Below, in pieces: positions 57,179 to 64,000 of a stretch of DNA of 64,000 bases. The stretch is from a virus. The notes under the pieces were generated by a model, which was not told the DNA's origin, searched no databases, and saw nothing but the letters and a program-made list of their open reading frames with translations. The DNA is taken from positions 28,696-92,695 of the IMG/VR virus record IMGVR_UViG_3300020125_000159; one strand, 5' to 3'. The stretch's first letter is position 1. Every line of letters starts with the position of its first letter. The translations under genes and the position numbers were made by a program.

Positions 57179-57659
57179 CAATTAGAGAGGAGGAAAAATG
57201 TCCAAGGTGCGGAGAAAAGGGATATGGCACCACTAAATATTATTTGATATGTGGCTCATGTGGATACGTTGAAAAATAGGCGCGCCTGAGCGATAGCGAA
57301 GGCGCCGAAGGGGGGTAGGGAGGGGGGCGACTTAACGTTTTAATAAATCTTTATATATAATGTATAGACCTTGGATGGGTATCAATCGCTTTACCGTTGA
57401 GCTACGTGCTCCCTCTTTTTTCTCTCAAAGTATACGTTTATACTAGGTACTCCCGCATTCGGTAAGGGGTAAGAAAAACGCATCTCTACCTACCTTCTGT
57501 CAAGGCAAGGGGAATAGGTCAGTCTCCTCTACCCCGACTTACTACCAATTTTTTGTAATATTTTTGGACACCCGAGTTTGTACATACTATGCTGGTGGAA
57601 AAGTGGCACCTTCCCGCCGCGATCAAAAAACAAAAAAGTTTCAATCGAAAATTCTCGCA

Positions 57660-58140
57660 CAGTACTCGCCGACCGACCGACCGACCGACCCTCCTTCCCT
57701 CCTTGCCTTGACCCTCCTTGCCTGCCTGCCCGCCTGGCCTAGCCCAAGCCAAGGCCTAGCCTAGCCTAGCCCAATCGAGCCTGTCTATCTATCTATCTAT
57801 CTATCATTATAATAGATAGTAGGTGGGTAGGGGGGTGGTAGAGGGAGGGGTAGGGTGGTAGTGGTAGGGGGTGAGGGGGTAGGGTGGTTAGCCTGCCTGC
57901 CTATACAGACGGATGGACTGACGGCTTGCTTATGCGTCGCCCACACACACACTCACTCACTCACTCACTCACTCACCCTCCTCTGCTTATGTATGCACAG
58001 ACAGACACACGCATAGACGCACGCACACACTCAGTCCTAAGGGCACAGTCCTCTGAACACGCATGCACGCACGCACGCATGCACGCATAGCCTATGAGAG
58101 ACGAGACGACGACCGATTGACGACGACGATTCTATCTAAT
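57660..58140. repeat. Non-coding mosaic of simple repeats and G-rich tract
   Basis: (CCGA)n, (CCTT/GCCT)n, (CCTAG)n, (CTAT)n, G-runs 57821-57891, (CACT)n, (GCAC)n, (GAC)n. Confidence 0.85.
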
Positions 58141-58330
58141 ATAATATATACAATATATTGTGTATGTATATATACACATAATAGGCGTATGCGTACACAT
58201 ACCACCCCCCTAACATATAATTAGGATACGCACACCAGGCCAGCATACGCACACCAAAGGGAGGGGGGACACCAGGCATACGCACTCCCAAGGACGCATG
58301 GACACTGACTGGAGGGAGAGGACATAGAAA

Positions 58331-58366
58331 GCTACTCCCCTTGGCATAGGCTACTCCCCTTGGCAT
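58331..58366 (+). repeat. Tandem 17-bp direct repeat GCTACTCCCCTTGGCAT (period 19)
   Basis: Copies at 58331-58347 and 58350-58366. Confidence 0.85.
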
Positions 58367-58451
58367 GAGGCGTCCGCCCCGACCCTTACACATCTGCTGC
58401 AAGTCGCCTTCGCAACATATTTAAGACTATCTAACTTAGAAGTAGCTGGCC

Positions 58452-58522
58452 GATGTGAGGCAGGATATACGTCTAGTCAGCGCCCATAAGACCTCACATT
58501 GACTAGGCGTGGTGAGTACCGC
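58452..58522 (+). ncRNA. Candidate pseudoknotted small RNA
   Basis: Stem 58452-60/58492-500 is crossed by stem 58469-78/58501-10; TATA-like ATATTTAAG at 58417-25. Confidence 0.4.
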
Positions 58523-58791
58523 TTTATATATCTTAATGGCTTCTGAACGTCGTTAATACATTATACACGTTTCAGGGGAATGGTGTTCAATATGTTACAC
58601 ACCACACATAAGACTAGGCGCAGGCAGATGACCTCTAGTATATAAATGGAGGGGGAGGGCTATACTCACGGACAGACAGGGGGCCGTTAGTTCTGCAGGC
58701 TTGCACGCTAAATTGGGCGACATAGGTTTTTTAGGGTATATGCGTGCTGCATACTGGTGCATTTGATAATAACGGTATTGGATGGTAACCA

Positions 58792-59265
58792 TTGTCATTA
58801 GATAGACACCCAGTACGCACACAGATTCAGATAGAAGATGAGATGGATGAGATATTCAGATTACAGGTAGCGGGACATACACCTAAGCAGATACAAAAGA
58901 TACGTAACCTGCCTGAGCGTACATATTTTGATTATAACCAAAGACTACAATCCCGTATAGTAGAATCCATGACTGCCAAGCGTACCGAAGAGATACTAGT
59001 TCAGAAGGAATTATGCGCCGAACGCCTAAATAAGGCCATGATGGGTGAGGAAGAACTAGCCACTAAGGAAAACATATCGCCACGCACCAAGATGGACGCA
59101 TGGTATCGCTACGCTGAGATAGTCATGGCCAAGTTCAAACTCGAGGCTGAGACTACTAACTGGCTCGTAGCATATCGCAACCTACAACTTGAAGAACCTA
59201 TTAACCTCACACCCGACCCCGCCACGACGCGCTCGGCTGACGCCTCGCGCGACAAAGAAGAATGA
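58792..59265 (+). CDS. terS: Terminase small subunit
   Basis: N-terminal HTH (GHTPKQIQKIRNLPERTYFDY) plus helices, directly upstream of terL. Confidence 0.7.
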   Translation: MSLDRHPVRTQIQIEDEMDEIFRLQVAGHTPKQIQKIRNLPERTYFDYNQRLQSRIVESMTAKRTEEILVQKELCAERLNKAMMGEEELATKENISPRTKMDAWYRYAEIVMAKFKLEAETTNWLVAYRNLQLEEPINLTPDPATTRSADASRDKEE

Positions 59266-59350
59266 CTGACAATGATTGGTACAAAAACAACTGCATGTGC
59301 TTCTCGTGTTGGGATAGCCGACAACGTAGAGGTATAAAGGGTGCTCATTA

Positions 59351-60844
59351 ATGCCTTTTGATTTCAGCAAACCAATGTTTTTTGGCCCTACCGATATGCC
59401 AGGTAAAGGTAAGAAGAGTGGTGCATTCAATTCAGGCTTAGGCAATCTTAGCCTTGCCGTTGACCCTGCCCTTAAGTTTAAGAATATACCTTTTGATTGT
59501 GGGCAATTCCCTGGTAATGGTGTGTGCTGTTTTAACTCTATAATTGGTTATCCACAGAAGAATGGACAATCATTACCCATATTTGATTATGAAAAAGATA
59601 TAGTAAATGATTTAGATAGTGGCGTGAAATATCTAGCGATTAAAAAAGCTAGAGGTATTGGCATTACTGAACTCTTTCTTAGGTATATGGCTTGGCTTGC
59701 CCTCTCAAAGAATGATCTATACAAACATACCAAGTTTTTTATTGTATGTGGCCCTGGTGAATCGACTGCAGTTGATCTTATCAAACGTATAAAGTTAATA
59801 CTTTCTCCACTAGGTGTCATAGAGGATACAGAGCAAACAGTCGCTAGATTTGTAAACGTAGAAGTTGTTGCAAAGCCTGGCTCTCACGTTGCCACACTAA
59901 GAGGCTATACCAATATAAAATTCATACTTATAGATGAAGCGAGTTTTTGGACAGGTGAAGGGCAAAGTAATGAGATTCGCCCCGTCGTAGAGGGTTATAT
60001 AGCCAAGACTCATCCTATCATTGCGATGGTAAGTACTCCGCATGTCCCCTCGACGATGTTCGAGAAAGTAATGGAGGAAAAAGATTCGCTATACAAACGC
60101 TACTTCTTGCCCTATACTATCGCTTTAAATAAAATATACAGCGAGAGGGAGATAGAGCTTGCCCGACTCAGTCCTCATTTTGAACGTGAAATGAATTTAA
60201 AATATGGAATTGGTGTAGGCAATATATTTCAGGATAGAGACGTAGATGCAATCGTATTAAGCGAAGAAGAAGAACGCGAATACACACCAGACAAGTTGTT
60301 AGAGGTCTCCATTGGTTGTGACCCTGGCTTTGGTTCGTCTAATTCGTCTTATTGTGTGGTTGCCAAAGTTTCTAATACTAACAAGCTTATTGTGTTAGAA
60401 GCCGAACAGTTCAAGCATGCATCATTTCGTCAGTTTAGTAACCTAATCTTTGACAAGTTTCATGAGGTTCGTGCCCAGAAAATCTTTATAGATGCGTCGG
60501 CGCGTGATGTGGTAGACGATCTCAAGCTTGGTTTTAGGGAAGATACCAACTACATGTATGTTAAAAAACTTGCGAATCATGATTACCCATTTAACAGAGA
60601 AGCATGGATGCAGAGAATGACGGTTGTCCCGATAAGCTTTTCTGAATACAACGACAAGATGTTACACGAATTAATGGGATTGGTTAGCCGCAGAGATATA
60701 CGCATACCTAAAAGATTAGACCAATTGATATTAGATTTTAGAATGGCCAGAGAGAAGGCTGGCAAATTAGATAAAACTGGGGTAAATACTTTCGATTTAT
60801 TGGACGCATGCCGCCTCGCCTGTCTCATGTGGCAATGGCAATAA
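59351..60844 (+). CDS. terL: Terminase large subunit
   Basis: Walker A KKARGIGIT, Walker B FILIDEA, coupling motif VSTP, RNase H GCDPG and C-terminal DLLDA. Confidence 0.9.
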   Translation: MPFDFSKPMFFGPTDMPGKGKKSGAFNSGLGNLSLAVDPALKFKNIPFDCGQFPGNGVCCFNSIIGYPQKNGQSLPIFDYEKDIVNDLDSGVKYLAIKKARGIGITELFLRYMAWLALSKNDLYKHTKFFIVCGPGESTAVDLIKRIKLILSPLGVIEDTEQTVARFVNVEVVAKPGSHVATLRGYTNIKFILIDEASFWTGEGQSNEIRPVVEGYIAKTHPIIAMVSTPHVPSTMFEKVMEEKDSLYKRYFLPYTIALNKIYSEREIELARLSPHFEREMNLKYGIGVGNIFQDRDVDAIVLSEEEEREYTPDKLLEVSIGCDPGFGSSNSSYCVVAKVSNTNKLIVLEAEQFKHASFRQFSNLIFDKFHEVRAQKIFIDASARDVVDDLKLGFREDTNYMYVKKLANHDYPFNREAWMQRMTVVPISFSEYNDKMLHELMGLVSRRDIRIPKRLDQLILDFRMAREKAGKLDKTGVNTFDLLDACRLACLMWQWQ

Positions 60845-61039
60845 ACTACATATATTCTCCTTACCTAAATCTGAGGTATTGCAACTCTGTATTTCCACTA
60901 ACAAAAACCTATGCTTAATAAAAGACGAACACACCTACACATTGGCAGTATATGATGCCGAGTCAGAGAGGATTATTATATGGGATATACACCAACACAA
61001 GCAGTTGACAGAGTTTATGGACCAGATGTTTGATGAGAA

Positions 61040-61207
61040 ATGCCCACAATAAGAGTATCTGGATATACTAAGAGTTTATTGGATGGTATAATGCAAGAAC
61101 ATCAGCCTTATCCTAGAACAGCAGATATCAAGACATATGATGATGTTATTGGATATATTTGCACGTATTATATATTAGAGACTGACCGCAAGAGTGGTGA
61201 TGATTGA
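61040..61207 (+). CDS. RHH-like microprotein (55 aa, not in ORF track)
   Basis: MPTIRVSGYTKSLLD...TYDDVI. Confidence 0.5.
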   Translation: MPTIRVSGYTKSLLDGIMQEHQPYPRTADIKTYDDVIGYICTYYILETDRKSGDD

Positions 61208-61418
61208 CTCGAAAGATATAAGACACTTTCTCGTTTAACATTTTGTTTAACTACTTTCCATTCTTTTCCAGTCCAAATCTCTTCTGTGAATCTTGTTAGG
61301 CGTTCAGTCATTACCTACATTATAGGTAAACTAGGCGTCTTATAAAGGCATTTATACGTTACCTAAATTAGTGTTTAATGACTTGCTGGGGACTCGAAAC
61401 ACCTCTTCTGTCGTGCTT

Positions 61419-63798
61419 CTAGAGTTGGATGGGTTGTTTAATGTTAACTAATCTAGCTTGGGCGATTGCAGCGTACTCGGACGATATTTCTATTCCAATT
61501 CCTTTTCTATTCAGCATGTCGGCAGCTATCATTGTCGTTCCCGAACCACAGAATGGATCTAGAATTGTATCGCCTTCTCTACTGCCTAGCATTATGAGAT
61601 ATGAACACAACTTGATAGGCTTTATTGTTGGATGACTGTTAAATCTTGGCGTTTCTCCTCTCTGGAATGGATTATCAATTGGTGTTTGCCGTCCATCATT
61701 TACTTTCTTTGGTTCAAAATATGAATCGATTAGGCCCATGTTCCGCTCACGTTTCGAAGGCTTAGGTGTGATGATAAAAGGGAATGTTGTTTCGAACCAC
61801 TTATCAAGCGAGAAAAATCTGCTGAAATCATTACCTAATATAGAATCAGATATACAAACATTCGCAGGAAAGCGGCCTTTTTGATCTGGTGAGAATTTGA
61901 ATAATATATCTGATTTCTTAAGAACAGTAGGCTTTCTATCACCTTGCTGTACTTTTAATTGATTCCACGTATGTAGACCGCTTTGTTCACTTTCTGAATA
62001 TCCTGAACTAATCGCATCGTCTTCATTCTGATAGGGAATCCTACAATCATCAAGCCATGTAATGCCTTTACGATTCGCTAATGCTTGGTCAACATAGGAT
62101 TTCTCGCTGAGTGGTCGCATACATACCAAGCAGATTTCTAGAGCTGGTTTAAACTGAGCTCCGCAGTACGCGCCGTCTAGGGCTTTGGCCTGTTCGGTTG
62201 CCGATACTGTTAATCTATGATCTTCTCTGCGTCCTATTTTATACCACGTTGAGCCGCTTCTTTCTTTTCCGTCTGGTGCTTTATACCTTCCAATGATTTC
62301 TCTCTCTGCTTCTTCTCTTTCTATCAATTCGTCAAAGCGGTTATCTAGACCGAACAATGTCTTTAATTTCTTATAAATTTCTAACGATGGTAATAAGAAT
62401 CGGTGATTCAATTTATCGCCTAAGAGATCAGAAGCGAAATTGCCGCCTTTAATGGAATATCCTAAATATTCATTTATGTCCTTAAATGTCAATCCTTTTT
62501 CGGCGCGTTTCTGATTGATATATTCTCTAAATTCAGGATTGTATGTTTTACCGTTTCTTTTGTCGGCAAGCTTTGAGATTGAAGCAGCTTTTGGGAACCC
62601 TGAATTTCCTGTCAGAAATATCTTACCATTTCGGCGCGCCACAAAACAACCCGTCGAAACAGTAGGACAGAATACTAAGCCTTCATAATATTCTCTGCTA
62701 ACAGTGGCCAGAGTGGTTTTATAAGATTTGGGAAATGTTCGTATTTCTTGTGATGTTGGTTGCTCGCAAATAACATAAGATTGTTGAGATTGTTGTTGGT
62801 TGGATCGTGATCCATATGATGAACCACTTCCATTCTTAATAATGGCCTGCCTATCGCCATGGCTACTAATATTCTGTGTTCCATTACATAACCATCCTTC
62901 CTTGCCATGGATTTGTACTCCATGGGGCAGCGAATGTATTTTACGCCAACATAATTTCCCTTTGTTTTGAAATATGTTACGCCACCTTTCCAAGCACGAT
63001 TCTTTTCGCCCATCATTGCTTCTCGTTGTCTCTGTTTCTGTGCTTCGGACATTTTGTGAATATGTTTGCCGCTTGCTAGAAGACCTTTCCAGATATTTAC
63101 CTTCTGTCTGCAACTTGCCGAACAATATATTCCCATGGCTCCTCTGCCCTTTCTTCTTGTCATAGAACGAAACATTAGAAATGGATTCTTGCAATGTTGG
63201 CAAAGCCCCCAAATAAGGCACACTGATCTTTTGTTCGAGTGTTTCTGCGAATTGGAATAATATTCTTCCTTCTGATTCAACAAGGCAACGGTGGTTTCTG
63301 GTGACGATTTGATCTGTGTAATCTGATTTAATTCGGTAAACGGTATCTTTGATTTGATTATATTCTTCCCATTTGGTCGGACTTTCAAAATGATATTCGT
63401 CATTGCTTATAGAATATACAAGTATCTCCTTACCTTTAAATGCTATGGTGTTACGGTAGCGTTCCCACCCATCTTTGGTAAACACTTCTGTATCTTCTGA
63501 CAAACAAGCATACGTCCAATAAATAGAAGAAAATCCTGTTTCAAATCCTGCATCTTGAAGATTGACAATCATTCTCGACAACACGTCCTGACGTGGGGAG
63601 GACATGATAAAGGCGAATGCACCTGGCTTTAGGACTCGTAAACACTCTTTCCATGTCGAAGTAGGAATAACAACTTTATCCCAGTTTTTATTCATGAAGG
63701 AATAGCCGTACGCGGTAAGGTGGATCAGTCACCATGCAATCTATACTATCGTTTGGCAGTGGTATATGATTTGCATCACCGTGAATGATTCCACCTAT
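61419..63798 (-). CDS. Beta-class N4-C/N6-A DNA methyltransferase, interrupted by a +1 frameshift, an intein and an HTH insertion (possibly a pseudogene)
   Basis: IIHGDA...DCMVTDPPY (63798-63715) is out of frame with YGYSFMNKNWDK...RVLKPG...SGFPK...HPTIKP...LDPFCGSGTT...GIEIS. Confidence 0.85.
62604..63506 (-). mobile_element. Intein (301 aa) in the methyltransferase
   Basis: YA|CLSEDTEVFTKDGW (block A), VTRNHR (block B TxxH), VFCPTVSTGCFVARRNGKIFLTGN|S (blocks F/G). Removal restores YWTYASGFPK. Confidence 0.92.
62675..63403 (-). CDS. HNH homing endonuclease encoded in the +1 frame inside the intein
   Basis: CQHC...YCSASC, GEKNRAWKGG, GYVMEHRILVAMAIGRPL..EVVHHMDHDPTNNNLNNL...HKKYEH; true start uncertain. 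Confidence 0.88.
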   Translation of the reverse strand: MTNIILKVRPNGKNIIKSKIPFTELNQITQIKSSPETTVALLNQKEEYYSNSQKHSNKRSVCLIWGLCQHCKNPFLMFRSMTRRKGRGAMGIYCSASCRQKVNIWKGLLASGKHIHKMSEAQKQRQREAMMGEKNRAWKGGVTYFKTKGNYVGVKYIRCPMEYKSMARKDGYVMEHRILVAMAIGRPLLRMEVVHHMDHDPTNNNLNNLMLFASNQHHKKYEHFPNLIKPLWPLLAENIMKA

Positions 63799-64000
63799 TC
63801 CCCCATCACCTCCATATTTAATACGTTAATTCATAAGTTTACCTAATATAAAAATAAATCTGATCGCGTGATTTTGGGGAATCTATCACATGATTATCCG
63901 TTTTCTAAAGTCGAGTGTGCTAGTCGAAAGACTGGGGGATCTGGGGCGCTTATAGATTCGTAATAAATCAGCGGTCATTCTTACGGTTAAAATAAATAAA

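Noticed and set aside
57365-57413. Complete tRNA gene
   Set aside because: No T-arm (GTTCRA), no valid anticodon loop and no 3' acceptor strand; kept only as a low-confidence fragment.
57519-58402. ORFs 57519..57752, 57564..57764, 57884..58090 and 58136..58402
   Set aside because: Their translations simply mirror simple-sequence repeats; the region is treated as non-coding.
58452-58522. HDV-like ribozyme
   Set aside because: The second stem's 3' strand directly follows the first, leaving no P1.1/P4/J4-2 with the catalytic C.
63708-63717. Bulge-helix-bulge micro-intron explaining the methyltransferase frameshift
   Set aside because: Seven nt is too short to form a BHB intron with a loop, and no flanking BHB helices are visible.

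Overview
The whole window looks like part of the genome of a tailed dsDNA virus (Caudoviricetes; siphovirus-like because no sheath gene is seen). The likely host is an ammonia-oxidising archaeon (Nitrososphaerota). This host call is inferred from a type-C two-domain multicopper oxidase, Nitrososphaera-like secreted protein families, GGAGGTGA ribosome-binding sites, TATA boxes, many TTG starts and swarms of Zn-finger/RHH microproteins. The layout is: 1-5.3 kb plus-strand fibre-like genes; 5.3-43.9 kb minus-strand morphogenesis cluster (portal, MuF-like minor head, prolyl 4-hydroxylase, prohead protease, scaffold, major capsid, adaptor, tail terminator, tail tube, frameshifted tail chaperone, tape measure, hub, large adhesin-like proteins); 44-57 kb accessory genes (metallophosphoesterase, collagen-like proteins, multicopper oxidase, microproteins); 57.3-58.8 kb non-coding simple-repeat/G-rich tract; terminase small and large subunits; and a DNA methyltransferase. 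Highlights: (1) a non-TATA motif TTA(G/C)TTC(Y)CT sits about 30-38 nt before more than 20 virion gene starts and is a candidate virus-specific late promoter; (2) the methyltransferase carries an intein whose homing endonuclease is hidden in the +1 frame, plus a 7-nt insertion at the catalytic DPPY motif; (3) a prolyl hydroxylase co-occurs with collagen-like and Pro-Thr-rich candidate substrates; (4) a candidate pseudoknot ncRNA and a microsatellite mosaic lie upstream of terS; (5) one HExxE/Phi-1-like domain appears circularly permuted; (6) a C-CCA-AAT -1 frameshift and probable ATA start codons are present. All calls come from motif reading by eye; no database searches were run.
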